Origin: Nitrospirota bacterium
Lineage (GTDB): Bacteria; Nitrospirota; UBA9217
Length of the DNA stretch: 64,000 bases
Assembly (NCBI GenBank): GCA_963840455.1
Contig: CAWIYV010000007.1
Location: 1 to 64,000, forward strand
Reading direction: 5' to 3'
The position numbers were made by a program, and so were the translations under genes. Position 1 is the first letter of the stretch; each line of letters begins with the position of its first letter. The notes under the pieces are model-generated. The model had not been told where the DNA came from. It ran no database searches and was given only the letters and a program-made list of their open reading frames with translations. This document shows, piece after piece, positions 10,025 to 19,703 of the stretch.

Positions 10025-10303
10025 ATGAAAGAGGAACTGAAGAAGAAAGGCATCGACATGCTGGTGCCATTCCTTGTAGGTGGTGCAGTAGGGGCAGGAG
10101 TAGCGCTGCTTCTGGCGCCCAAGCCGGGGAAGGAGATTAGAAATGACCTGAAACGGTTTGCCACCACGACGAAGGACAGGGTTACCCTGGCCGTTGATCG
10201 GGGAAAGGTACTCTATGAGGAAGGCAGAGCAGCGGTTGCAAGCGCCGTTGATGCAGGCAAGACCGCGTTTGTCGAGGAGAAGGAAAAGTGGCAGCATGCG
10301 TGA
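10025..10303 (+). CDS. YtxH domain protein
   Basis: FLVGGAVGAGVALLLAPKPGKEIR signature. Confidence 0.9.
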   Translation: MKEELKKKGIDMLVPFLVGGAVGAGVALLLAPKPGKEIRNDLKRFATTTKDRVTLAVDRGKVLYEEGRAAVASAVDAGKTAFVEEKEKWQHA

Positions 10304-10513
10304 GCTGTGGAAATGGGTTGAATAACTTCCGGGTTGCGTGAGGTCAGCGTCCCCTGCGCGATGAAACCGTCCTGGAGACGGTTTTCCAGAAGGAAGGGCA
10401 TGTAGCGGCATCGTTGAACATGCCCTTGTTCTTTTTGTTGTGATACGTCCGTATGGACCGACAGGGTGGTTTCCTGGGAATAGATTCCTGAAAGAGAAAA
10501 CAGCGGCCCTATA

Positions 10514-11422
10514 ATGTCTGATCCCAAAATAAAAAAGCGACACCCTGGCTCGAGGGGGCTGGGCTGGCTCACTAGCTTCCTGATGAGTGTCCTGCGCGAT
10601 TTCAAACGCAATCAGGGGCTGTTGTTATGCGGCGCCGTTGCCTATTACACCCTGTTGTCGATCGTGCCCATGTCGATCCTCGCCGTGATCGGAATGTCCC
10701 ATTTCATCGAGGAGGAGCAGTTATTTCATACTTTGTCGACCTATCTGGAAATGATCATCCCCGGCTATGCCGCAACGCTGACCGAACAGGTGCGGGCATT
10801 TCTTGAGCATCGGGCTGTGGTCGGCGTCATTGGCTTCCTGGTCATGCTGTTTTTCAGTACCATCGCCTTTACGGTCCTTGAGAACGCCATGTCGGTCATT
10901 TTTTTTCACCGGGTCAGGGTAAAACATCGGACCTTTCTGATCTCCACGCTCATCCCCTATGTGTATATCTTCGTGCTGGGGCTGGGCATTCTGCTCGTAT
11001 CCTTCATAACGGGAGCGATCGAGACCGTTGAAAAAAGGCAACTGATCCTGTTCGGATGGAAGCTGGGACTGGAAGGCATATCCGGACTTGCCCTGTATAT
11101 CCTGGGGATCATAGGCGAAGTGCTCCTGCTCACGTCCCTCTATCTGGTCATGCCGGTTGTCCATATCACGTTCCGGCGCGCCTTGATCGGAGGCGTGGCC
11201 GCGACGATCCTCTGGGAGATCACCCGACGCATTCTGGTATGGTACTACTCGGTCATATCCATGGTCAACCTGATCTATGGGTCCTTTGCCACGGCAGTCG
11301 TGGCCCTTCTGAGCACCGAGGCCATAGCACTGATCCTGTTGTTGGGCGCGCAGGTCATCGCGGAACTTGAGCGCAAACCTGACGAGCTGACCGATGAGAA
11401 ACGATCAGGTTTTGAAACATGA
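10514..11422 (+). CDS. YihY/virulence factor BrkB family membrane protein
   Basis: AVAYYTLLSIVP and IYGSFATAVV motifs, six TM segments. Confidence 0.9.
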   Translation: MSDPKIKKRHPGSRGLGWLTSFLMSVLRDFKRNQGLLLCGAVAYYTLLSIVPMSILAVIGMSHFIEEEQLFHTLSTYLEMIIPGYAATLTEQVRAFLEHRAVVGVIGFLVMLFFSTIAFTVLENAMSVIFFHRVRVKHRTFLISTLIPYVYIFVLGLGILLVSFITGAIETVEKRQLILFGWKLGLEGISGLALYILGIIGEVLLLTSLYLVMPVVHITFRRALIGGVAATILWEITRRILVWYYSVISMVNLIYGSFATAVVALLSTEAIALILLLGAQVIAELERKPDELTDEKRSGFET

Positions 11423-11741
11423 AGAAGAGACCATGAGGGGCCACCCGGGAAAAAGGCTGTCCAGTGAGGATGATGAGACCGTCCGCCTCATTGCAAGGCA
11501 GCAAGGGCGACAGTATCATGGAAGCTCTTAGGAAGCCTATGGGGCCGCCCATGGAAAGGGAGCTATCACGTGGACACTCGAGGGGGACATCCTCTGAGGG
11601 AGATGAGAGTACCGCTTTGTTATCCTTGCCATCGCTCCCTTCTCAGGATCCCTGTTGTTGTGCTTGTCCAGCCGGTCGTACGGAAGCGTCCGGTCCATCG
11701 GTGACGCGGCTGCGGATGCCGGCTCCGTGACGGTAGTTGCA

Positions 11742-13544
11742 TTACCCCCGCTCTTTTTTCAACATCTGATAAAAATCACATTTTCTGCAATCTTCATATT
11801 TCTGCGCAAAGGTCCCTTGTACTTTGCCTTCGCAGAACGTGCCTGCCACCGCCCAGCATATCCTGCCGAAGTTAGGATAAGCGGGGCATTTCGTCGTTGC
11901 ATCCTTGTCCCTGCAGCATTGCTTGTATTCCCAGCATTTGATCTTTTGCGATTCTTCCTCGCTCTGCTGCGGGAAATAGAGGCTGAACGCTGCACCTTTT
12001 CCCGGGGCACTCGACGCCTTGATGAATCCGCCGTGCTCTTCGATGATCTTTCTCGTTATAGAAAGGCCGAGGCCGGTGCCGCGGCCTGCCTCTTTTGTCG
12101 TAAAGAAGGGCTCGAAGATCAGCGACAGCTTGTCCTCCTCGATCCCGAACCCCGTGTCGGACACCTGCAGGAAAACATAGCGCACGTCGTTGAGGGATTC
12201 GGTCCCTGCCGTGATCTTCAAGGTCCCGCCGGAGGGCATTGCATCGTGTGCGTTCATGATGAGATTGGTGAGCGCCTGCTTGACCTGGTCCTTGTCGATG
12301 AGGATGGGCGGAAGGTCCTCATCAAGCGCCACCTCGATGGCTATGGTCTGTTCGCTGAATACCTCGGTATGGATGTTCACGACCTCATGCACGATATTCC
12401 CGACAGGGTGCTTTTCCAGATGGGTCCGTGCGTCCCGGGAGAACGTAAGGACATCCCGCAATATTCTCTCCAGCCGGTTGACCTCGGAGACGATGAGGTC
12501 GGCGCGTTCCTTCTCTTTTTCGCCGGTGGCGCGTTTATGGAGCCTGCGGGCAAATCCTCCGATGGCGGTGAGCGGGTTCCGTATTTCGTGAGCCACATCA
12601 GCGGTAAGCCTTCCCAGTGCTGCAAGCTTCTCTGCCTGGATCAGTTTGTCCTGGGAGCTCTTCAATTCGTTCGATTTATTTTTCACCTCCCGTTCGAGGC
12701 TCACGGTCCAATCCTCCATCTTTTCTCTCGCTGTCCTGAGCTCTTCCATCATGCCATTGAAGGTGCGGACGAGGAGGCCGATCTCATCCCGGGAAACCGG
12801 TGTCACCCGGCGGCCCAGGTCCCCCTGCGCAACGGTTGTCATAGCGTTCGAGAGGTTGATCACGGGTTTCAGGACGAATTTCCTGAGGATGATGAAGAGG
12901 ACAACGGAGATCATGCCCATCAGGGCAAGAGCATAAAAGGTCGTATCGATCGTTTGCGTTCTGATGTCCTCATCCACCGAGGCCAGGGAAAAATCGGCCG
13001 CAAGGATGCCGAGCACCCGCTGCTCCGGGGAATGGACGTGGCAGGCGGCCGCAGAGCAGGAAGGTTCGTTGTAGATCGGGGTGATGAACGTCAGCATGTT
13101 GTGTCCGTCTTCGCCCCGGTACGTTGTCCATTGACCTGCTCCGCTCAACGCGTCCGCAGGCTTGGCAAGATCACTATGACAGCCCTGACAGGCGCGGTCG
13201 GTCGTAGCGACGTGATGGCCGACCTCATCCCGATCCGACGAATAATAGATGCGTCCTTTGCTGTCGAAGAGCTTTATCTTTCTGATGTCCTTGGCCGACC
13301 TCAGGTCGTCCATGGTGCGTTGTATGGCTTCCCGGTTGGTCGTGAGCATGCTGTAGCGCACGCTTTTTTTCACGAGATCGGAGGACGAGGCGGCATCCTT
13401 GACAGCTTCGTTCACCAGATTGTTCCTGCCGGTATGGATCAAGGCGTACCAGGATATGCCCCCTCCGAAGACGATGAGCGAGGCGAGAGCGATGATCAGT
13501 TTTGCCGCAAGGGATCTGGATATGAAGGCGGGAAGATTCGTCAT
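11742..13544 (-). CDS. Membrane sensor histidine kinase: heme-c-type periplasmic domain, HAMP, HisKA/HATPase, C-terminal Cys-rich two-CW-like domain
   Basis: CQGCH and CSAAACH; AHEIRNPL H-box; N, G1, F, G2 boxes; tail KCWEYKQC...CPAY...ICWAVAGTFC...CRKCDFY. Confidence 0.92.
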   Translation of the reverse strand: MTNLPAFISRSLAAKLIIALASLIVFGGGISWYALIHTGRNNLVNEAVKDAASSSDLVKKSVRYSMLTTNREAIQRTMDDLRSAKDIRKIKLFDSKGRIYYSSDRDEVGHHVATTDRACQGCHSDLAKPADALSGAGQWTTYRGEDGHNMLTFITPIYNEPSCSAAACHVHSPEQRVLGILAADFSLASVDEDIRTQTIDTTFYALALMGMISVVLFIILRKFVLKPVINLSNAMTTVAQGDLGRRVTPVSRDEIGLLVRTFNGMMEELRTAREKMEDWTVSLEREVKNKSNELKSSQDKLIQAEKLAALGRLTADVAHEIRNPLTAIGGFARRLHKRATGEKEKERADLIVSEVNRLERILRDVLTFSRDARTHLEKHPVGNIVHEVVNIHTEVFSEQTIAIEVALDEDLPPILIDKDQVKQALTNLIMNAHDAMPSGGTLKITAGTESLNDVRYVFLQVSDTGFGIEEDKLSLIFEPFFTTKEAGRGTGLGLSITRKIIEEHGGFIKASSAPGKGAAFSLYFPQQSEEESQKIKCWEYKQCCRDKDATTKCPAYPNFGRICWAVAGTFCEGKVQGTFAQKYEDCRKCDFYQMLKKERG

Positions 13545-13705
13545 GGCGCAACACCTGACGTACTGCTGGATCATGTTACCTCTATCTTCTCCTGAAATCA
13601 TCAACAATCGTATCCTGGGTGCCGGTACTTTGCAGACTGGTAAAATAAATCGTGTTGGCGGTATAATTCTTCATGCCCATGAAACGGGGATCCAGTGGAA
13701 TTCTG

Positions 13706-14173
13706 GGAGGCAGGTCTTTACCGTTGACATTGGCCTCTTTCCTTGCTACGGTTTTGCCATTATGACCCGCCCGCTTCGCATAGAGCATCCCGGCGCTGCT
13801 TATCACCTCACCTCCCGTGGAAATGAGAAGAGACCGGTGTTCAAGACCGACCAAGGTCCGGACCACTTTTCTGAACACCTTCCGGCACGTGAATAAACGC
13901 TATCATTGGATCTGCCATGCCTACTGTCTCATGGGCAATCATTACCATCTGATGATAGAAATTCCCGACAGCAATCTGCAGTCGGCATGCGCCAATTGAA
14001 CGGGGATGTATACCCAGCTTTTTCCATAAACTGCACGGAAGAACGGCCCATCTGTTTCAGGGGAGATGCAAGTCGATCCTCAATCAGAAAGACAGACATC
14101 TCGGACTGTATTATACGAGTGTAAGCAGAATTATCAACGAACGGGGATGATGCTGACTGGGAAGACCTGGCCC
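13706..14173 (+). mobile_element. Internally deleted RAYT/IS200-like HUH element bounded by inverted ends
   Basis: Left end ggcaggtctttaccgttgacatt (13709-13731), right end gaagacctggccc (14161-14173); shared core caggtctt. Confidence 0.7.
13762..14150 (+). pseudogene. REP-associated tyrosine transposase (Y1/HUH) pseudogene
   Basis: MTRPLRIEHPGAAYHLTSRGN; AYCLMGNHYHL (HUH); HLFQGRCKSIL joined directly to HTH-like HLGLYYTSVSRII; several frameshifts. Confidence 0.88.
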
Positions 14174-14253
14174 TTAGTTTCGTTTGATCAACGATCATGT
14201 GCCGGACATCGCCGAGGCATTGCTGTGCCGGAAGCGGCAGGGAGAACAACTCC

Positions 14254-14835
14254 ATGATCCCCCTCTGGATCAAGATCACCTATACGATTTTCACGGTCGT
14301 CACGATCGCGGTCTATTCCTTAAAGTACCCGCTTGGAAACTTTCTCTGGTTCTCAGATATTGCGCTGGTGCTCACGGTGCCTGCGCTCTGGTTTGAAAGC
14401 AGCCTGCTTGCAAGCATGATGGCGGTCGGTATCCTGCTGCCCGAAGTATTCTGGAACATCGGTTTCTTTGGACGGCTCCTGACAGGGAAGCGGCTGTCGG
14501 GATTGACGGATTATATGTTCGACGTGAAAAAACCCCGGTACCTGCGGGCGCTCTCGCTGTTCCATGTGTTCTTGCCCGTGCTCCTGCTCTGGATGATCGC
14601 CCGGCTCGGGTATTCACCAAAGGCACTGATCGCGCAGACAGTTCTTGCCTGGATCGTGCTCCCGCTGACATACGTGATCACTGATAAGGAACAGAACATA
14701 AACGGAGTGTTCGGCCCCCGCTCGGCACAGCGGGACCGGTTGTCCTCGATGCTCTATCTCTGCCTGCTGATGATCGCTTTTCCCGTGCTTGTCTATGTTC
14801 CTACCCATCTGCTGCTGATGTCGCTGTACCCGTGA
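14254..14835 (+). CDS. Conserved integral membrane protein
   Basis: NFLWFSDIAL, GLTDYMFD and LSLFH motifs, many TM segments; RBS GGGAG. Confidence 0.85.
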   Translation: MIPLWIKITYTIFTVVTIAVYSLKYPLGNFLWFSDIALVLTVPALWFESSLLASMMAVGILLPEVFWNIGFFGRLLTGKRLSGLTDYMFDVKKPRYLRALSLFHVFLPVLLLWMIARLGYSPKALIAQTVLAWIVLPLTYVITDKEQNINGVFGPRSAQRDRLSSMLYLCLLMIAFPVLVYVPTHLLLMSLYP

Positions 14836-14977
14836 AGGACAATGTGGGGGAAAACGATGTATTGTCAGGCCTTTAATGTTAGATTTTCTCTCGTTCCTAG
14901 ATCTTCAAGCCGCTCAATTCTGATATAATTTATAAAGAGACTCCCTGCGAAAGGGAACATGGGAAAGGACCACTGTA

Positions 14978-15166
14978 ATGTTGGAAGCGAAAGATTTCGC
15001 CACCGGCTGCCTCACCATACTGCTCTGCGCGCTATTGATCCCCCTCTTTTTTCTGGTCTTCAGGTTGACCCTTTTCTTTGCCGTTTTCCTTGCAATAGCC
15101 ACGGGCATTATCTTGGGGATAACTGTTGTAGGGAGGATCGTGAGACTCTTTATCACGGGGAAATAG
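14978..15166 (+). CDS. Small two-TM hypothetical protein
   Basis: 62-aa hydrophobic ORF, RBS AAGGA. Confidence 0.65.
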   Translation: MLEAKDFATGCLTILLCALLIPLFFLVFRLTLFFAVFLAIATGIILGITVVGRIVRLFITGK

Positions 15167-15268
15167 CCATGGCCCCGAGGGCCAGGCTTCAGAATGGGCA
15201 TTGGTAACGGAAATAACGGGATTCCAGAAAGAAAGGCGTTACATTGTTCCCAGGAGAATCCGCCGGCC

Positions 15269-15838
15269 ATGAAGAAGACAGCGGTCATTGATATCGACAA
15301 CACGCTCTGGCAGTTTTGCGACGCCTTTTATCGTGTGTTGAAAGAACTGCACGCGAACTTCCCGCAGATCGAGCAGTGGACGACCTTCGACTTCTGGAAA
15401 CAATACTGTTCTGAACAGGAATTCATCGCGGCGATCAACTCGATCCATCATGATCAGGACAACGACCGATATCAGCCCTATCCTGAAGCGAGGGACTTCC
15501 TCCAGTCGCTGAAGGAGCGGGGGTTTTACGTCATCATCGCCAGTCACCGTTTCAAGGAGACGAGGCAGCCGACGGAGCGTTGGCTCGCGCGGCATCAGCT
15601 GGCCTATGATGAACTGCATCTCTCGTTCGAAAAGTCCGTTCTCTTCGATCAGGCGGCTGTTGTTGTCGACGATGCTCCGCATACGCTCGAAAAAGCGGTT
15701 GAAAGCGGTGCGCTGGCTGCCGGGCTGTTGTTTCCCTGGAACCGGGCATATGCGGGAAATGGTTTCAGGCTATTCCGTGACCTGAACGATGTCCTTGGCT
15801 ATATTCTCACTTCGACCGCGGGAAGGCGCAACCGATAA
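15269..15838 (+). CDS. HAD-family 5'(3')-deoxyribonucleotidase-like protein
   Basis: DIDNT motif I, IASHR, VDD motif IV, PWN. Confidence 0.85.
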   Translation: MKKTAVIDIDNTLWQFCDAFYRVLKELHANFPQIEQWTTFDFWKQYCSEQEFIAAINSIHHDQDNDRYQPYPEARDFLQSLKERGFYVIIASHRFKETRQPTERWLARHQLAYDELHLSFEKSVLFDQAAVVVDDAPHTLEKAVESGALAAGLLFPWNRAYAGNGFRLFRDLNDVLGYILTSTAGRRNR

Positions 15839-16028
15839 GGTGGGCCGGGTCTTGCGGTTTGACCATTCGCTTTTTTCGAACTTATTTTCGGTTCAACAAA
15901 GCGAACGGAGCCGCCCATATGGTCATCTCTTGCATCTGCTATCGATGCAGCAAGCTTCGGCTGCGAGAGCACGGGCACCCATCCTGTGGCATGTACCCCC
16001 GTCTTACAGACGTGCGATCTACGGTTTA

Positions 16029-16116
16029 CCTACGAACTTCTTCCTAGGAACAAATACCCATCGTCATAGGAACTAATGCCGATTTCCCTTTTTCCCTCCG
16101 CGTAGTATCCTATAAT
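16029..16116 (+). promoter_or_regulatory. Conserved operator and -10 (TATAAT) upstream of copy B
   Basis: CCTACGAACTTCTTCCTAGGAAC 16029-16051, CATAGGAACT 16065-16074, TATAAT 16111-16116. Confidence 0.7.
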
Positions 16117-16150
16117 CAACAAGAGCAAGAAAACCACCCTTAAGGAGGGA

Positions 16151-16525
16151 ATGAACATGTTGAACAAAGGCGGACATAAAGTGGCGGCAGGGACCTACTG
16201 GAATCTGGCGAACGGCAATCGGGTGAACATGGAGCAGGAAGGCGTGCTTCCGGGAGACGGGAAGGCCCGGTACCTCAAGGCCCCGGTGGCGGTCATGCTG
16301 GTGGCGGCCCCGGTCATCGGCCTGGTCTTTGCAGTGTTCCTTCCCTTCATCGGCATCGCGATGACCCTGAGCCTGATCGGCAAGAAGCTGGTCGATGGCG
16401 TGGCATCGGCGGCTGCGGGCAGCATGTCCTTCGGGTGGCGGCCCATCGAGGCGTACCTGGCGGGCCGGAAACAAAAGAAGGCGGCCCGGGAGAAGAAGAT
16501 CAGTAAGAAAGCCGGGAAACAATAG
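16151..16525 (+). CDS. Conserved hypothetical membrane protein, copy B
   Basis: Paralog of 3638-4012; RBS TAAGGAGG. Confidence 0.85.
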   Translation: MNMLNKGGHKVAAGTYWNLANGNRVNMEQEGVLPGDGKARYLKAPVAVMLVAAPVIGLVFAVFLPFIGIAMTLSLIGKKLVDGVASAAAGSMSFGWRPIEAYLAGRKQKKAAREKKISKKAGKQ

Positions 16526-16553
16526 CACGTCAACTCCAGAACAGAGTATTCAA

Positions 16554-16587
16554 GCGGGACAGCACAAACTGTCCCGTTTTTTGTTTT
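16554..16587 (+). terminator. Intrinsic terminator of copy B
   Basis: gcgggacag-cacaaa-ctgtcccgt followed by a T-run; same stem as copy A. Confidence 0.85.
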
Positions 16588-16863
16588 AAGACGTTCTCAT
16601 TGCTCTTAAAGCCCGAACATATCTCCGCGACCTGTGTCCGAAACAGACATTCAATCCTCCGACTTGGCAGGGGTCGGCCTTTTCCTGTTGGCATTCGTGA
16701 CGATCCTTGCTGCTGTATGGACATCATGGCCCGCCGTTTCGTGCGATCGGGGACTCTGCTTCCTCTGCACCCCGGCGAACAATGCTGCTGGACGTACATC
16801 TTCTTCTGCAGGAATCGCAGCTCATGGAAGAATGATGCAATGCAGGAAGCAGCGTTCAGAACG

Positions 16864-17244
16864 TCACGCTGCTCTGTGGGTGGCCTCTCTGTGGGCAGCC
16901 TTTTTTCTGGCCATTTCGAGCTTTTCTATGAACAGATCCGGTTCAAAGTGGCCTATCTTTCTGAATATTTCATTTCCTTCGTGATCAAGAACGATCATTG
17001 CGGGTTTTGCCGTTACGCAGAACCTCGAGAACTGATCCGAATCTATACCCGATTCATATTGAATGGAAATAAAATGATCATGGATATAGTCCTGAACGCG
17101 TTCCGTGATCAGCGTACCGCTGATCATTTTCATGCAAGCCTCGCAGCTCGTGCTGAAAAAGACAGCAAGCACGAGCTTGTTCTCCTTTCTTGCCAGACCC
17201 AGGGCGTTGCGGAGGCTTGTCTCCCAAACAATATCCGGCGACAT
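16864..17244 (-). CDS. Thioredoxin-fold protein
   Basis: W...ALGLARKENKLVL...CEACMKM (CxxC), PAMIVLDHEGNEIFR. Confidence 0.8.
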   Translation of the reverse strand: MSPDIVWETSLRNALGLARKENKLVLAVFFSTSCEACMKMISGTLITERVQDYIHDHFISIQYESGIDSDQFSRFCVTAKPAMIVLDHEGNEIFRKIGHFEPDLFIEKLEMARKKAAHREATHRAA

Positions 17245-17412
17245 ACGAAACCATCACCTCTCTTTATAGAGGCACCATCCTCAGTAAAGAAACGCATAGC
17301 ACGGCGGGCAACTTGTTGTCATCCGTTCCTCGCACGCGCTATCACCCGTTGATCCGCAGGGATGGATCTTGCTGGAGCATCCTTTCCGCATTTTCAAAGG
17401 CCGAGCTGCGCC

Positions 17413-18087
17413 TCAGAAATAGGAGACCTGCAGAAGAGGCGCGAAATTTACTCGATCTCTCCCTGTGGTGTCGTTGATCTCGATAAGGCCAGGGGGAACT
17501 ATCCCCAGATCTTCTAATATTCGTATCTGAAAATCTGGCAGGCCCAAACGCTGTGCTTCCGTCATCAACGAAGTCACATCTATGAATACGTGGTTATCGA
17601 TATCAGATTGGAATATCGAAGTTGCGATCGTCGCCCGCGCCGGCTGGAGATCAAGTCTATAATCCGACTCTATCAACCATGGTGGTTGAAAGAAAACAAG
17701 GTCGATACGAATCGGGATCGTTACGGTCAGCGGGTTTGGAAGGATGCTGTTGATTACTATATCGAGGGTAGCCCATTCTATAATGGCGTCACCGGGGACG
17801 CCGCCCGCGCCTGTCAAGGGAAAGTCCAGGAACGCACGATATTCCGTCCCTGTACTAGGATCTATGCCGGCGAACACACTTTGTACACTTTGAGTCATGC
17901 CCTGTGTTATCGTGAAAAGATCCGAGCCAGGATCATTCGCAATATCACCGTCGTACACAGGGTCGCTCAGGATTTGCGTAACGATCGTCGGAGGTGGAGG
18001 TGGAGGTGCACTACTGCTGCCACCGCCACACCCTGTCAAAGGCAGGCCTACTAACACCATTATTGCGGCAAGAAACGTCCTTTTCAT
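17413..18087 (-). CDS. Putative lipoprotein, beta-rich domain
   Basis: Lipobox LTGC, Pro linker, YRAFLDF and IDVTSL motifs. Confidence 0.8.
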   Translation of the reverse strand: MKRTFLAAIMVLVGLPLTGCGGGSSSAPPPPPPTIVTQILSDPVYDGDIANDPGSDLFTITQGMTQSVQSVFAGIDPSTGTEYRAFLDFPLTGAGGVPGDAIIEWATLDIVINSILPNPLTVTIPIRIDLVFFQPPWLIESDYRLDLQPARATIATSIFQSDIDNHVFIDVTSLMTEAQRLGLPDFQIRILEDLGIVPPGLIEINDTTGRDRVNFAPLLQVSYF

Positions 18088-18170
18088 GGCTGCCTCCGGG
18101 TCTTGCTCTCCTGCCTTATTTCCCTACAAAAAAAACGAGCTGTTCCCCAAGATACGCGTCCGGCCGATCA

Positions 18171-18845
18171 CTAAAAAGCGAACATCGCGCCGAAGATGAA
18201 TCCGGAGAAGGAGTCCTGGATATTTGAATTACTGCCGGTATTCTCTTCGTACTTGTATCCGAACGTACCGGAGAATTCTCTGGTGAAGCCGACCTTAAAT
18301 CCGATCTCGAAGGTCCAGCCCGGACTGTCTTCTTGAAAGCCGCCAAATGCGCCTTCCTCTTTGAATCTGGTAAGGAGATAGTTCAGCTTGCTGTAGAATG
18401 CGGCGTTTACGGCCACCGGTGCGATCACGATCATACCAATGAGCGGTCCATACACCGTTTGTTTGACTCCTGGTTCATTTTGTTTAAAGACAGAGTTTTT
18501 ATATCCAGCCAACACGCCGAACACGGGAGCTATCATATAGCCAATTGCCACGTCGGTATCCTGCCGTTCAACATTGGAGATAACGTTGCTCGAGAAGGTA
18601 TAATCGGACAGGGAAAAAAGATATGACGCGTCCACAAAAACATGATTAGGGAATTTCACCTCGATCGCCGGGCCGAAGAGGACAGTACTGTCCGATGTAA
18701 TACTTCCAAATCTTGGATCGTCCTGTGTCCACTGGTTTATCCACATCTGTACGCCTGCTTCGACTTTGCTCACTTCGGCATGTGCTGCTCCACTGCACGC
18801 GACCAGCAGCAGCGCTGCTATAGCCCCCCTGAGAATACGCTTCAT
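18171..18845 (-). CDS. Putative outer-membrane beta-barrel protein
   Basis: Signal peptide ending AHA, alternating aromatic beta-strands, C-terminal Phe; RBS GGAGG. Confidence 0.78.
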   Translation of the reverse strand: MKRILRGAIAALLLVACSGAAHAEVSKVEAGVQMWINQWTQDDPRFGSITSDSTVLFGPAIEVKFPNHVFVDASYLFSLSDYTFSSNVISNVERQDTDVAIGYMIAPVFGVLAGYKNSVFKQNEPGVKQTVYGPLIGMIVIAPVAVNAAFYSKLNYLLTRFKEEGAFGGFQEDSPGWTFEIGFKVGFTREFSGTFGYKYEENTGSNSNIQDSFSGFIFGAMFAF

Positions 18846-19063
18846 ACCGTGCCCTCCCTGAACAAGGAGAATCATGTTCTTCTCACGATGGATAGAACAA
18901 CCCAACTTCCTTGACGCTGATCTCCACGGAGCTAATGATGAAGGATCATGATGTTTCCGGGGGTTCGATCCTACCTTCTCCGTGTCAAGGACCTTGATCC
19001 GGTCTTTCCCGCTTCCGGCTTGCCAGGATCAGGCTGCCGGTCATTCCCGCTCGCGGATAGCGT

Positions 19064-19477
19064 CTATCTTCCCCCCGCACGGTTCTCATATGCCCGGTGG
19101 AACTCATCTGCGATGTATGCGTCTCGCGAAGGGCCACGGAGGCTCACTTCGAGCCTGATCCTCTCATCAGGTTGTCTTTTGACGCGGATCATGACGGCTG
19201 TTCGGCCGGCCTGGCCCTCGATCGTGCCCGAGGCTTCGTCAGCCGATGTTATCCGGATGCCGACATCTTCCGCTGCGCGTAGGGCGTTCTCCCATGCGAT
19301 CCTGTAAGAACTTACGCGATAGACCGCGGGAGGGGGAGGCGGCGCATAGGCAATGCATGAATGGAGTAAAAAGAGAGAGAACACGGTGAGGACGAGACGT
19401 ACACGCACGTCATGCCGCCGACCGAACCGACAGAGCGAGGATGTGGCTGGAAATTGTTTGGACGCGCTGATCTTCAT
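19064..19477 (-). CDS. Putative lipoprotein
   Basis: Lipobox LHSC, poly-Pro, AWENALRAAEDVGIRI...SGTIEG; start uncertain. Confidence 0.65.
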   Translation of the reverse strand: MKISASKQFPATSSLCRFGRRHDVRVRLVLTVFSLFLLHSCIAYAPPPPPAVYRVSSYRIAWENALRAAEDVGIRITSADEASGTIEGQAGRTAVMIRVKRQPDERIRLEVSLRGPSRDAYIADEFHRAYENRAGGR

Positions 19478-19586
19478 CGCACTATTGTTCGCCCTCCTGA
19501 CCTTCCGGGAAATAAAAAAAGCACTTAAGATTGCAAGGTCTCCCCGATGATAACCAAAGAATCTTCATAAGCCCAGTTCATCGCAT

Positions 19587-19703
19587 ATTGAAGATTCCCT
19601 GCAGCAAGCTGCAGGGAATCTTCGATCCTTAAGGAGGCATCATTATTCTAATCGCTCGCTGAACCCGCAGCAAGCTACGGGGATGCGCTCACTCCTGGGT
19701 TCA
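19587..19703 (-). repeat. Full single copy of the 111-bp repeat family
   Basis: gaagattccctgcagcaagctgcagggaatcttcgatcc...attctaatcgctcgct...cgcagcaagctacgggg..tgcgctcactcctg. Confidence 0.9.

Noticed and set aside
11655-13595. Long antisense ORFs (also 30801-32261, 35981-37807, 52222-53490, 56640-58112, 60636-62048)
   Set aside because: Shadow frames opposite well-supported high-GC genes, with no recognisable motifs
16600-17352. 250-aa plus-strand ORF
   Set aside because: Overlaps the thioredoxin-fold gene on the opposite strand and has atypical composition
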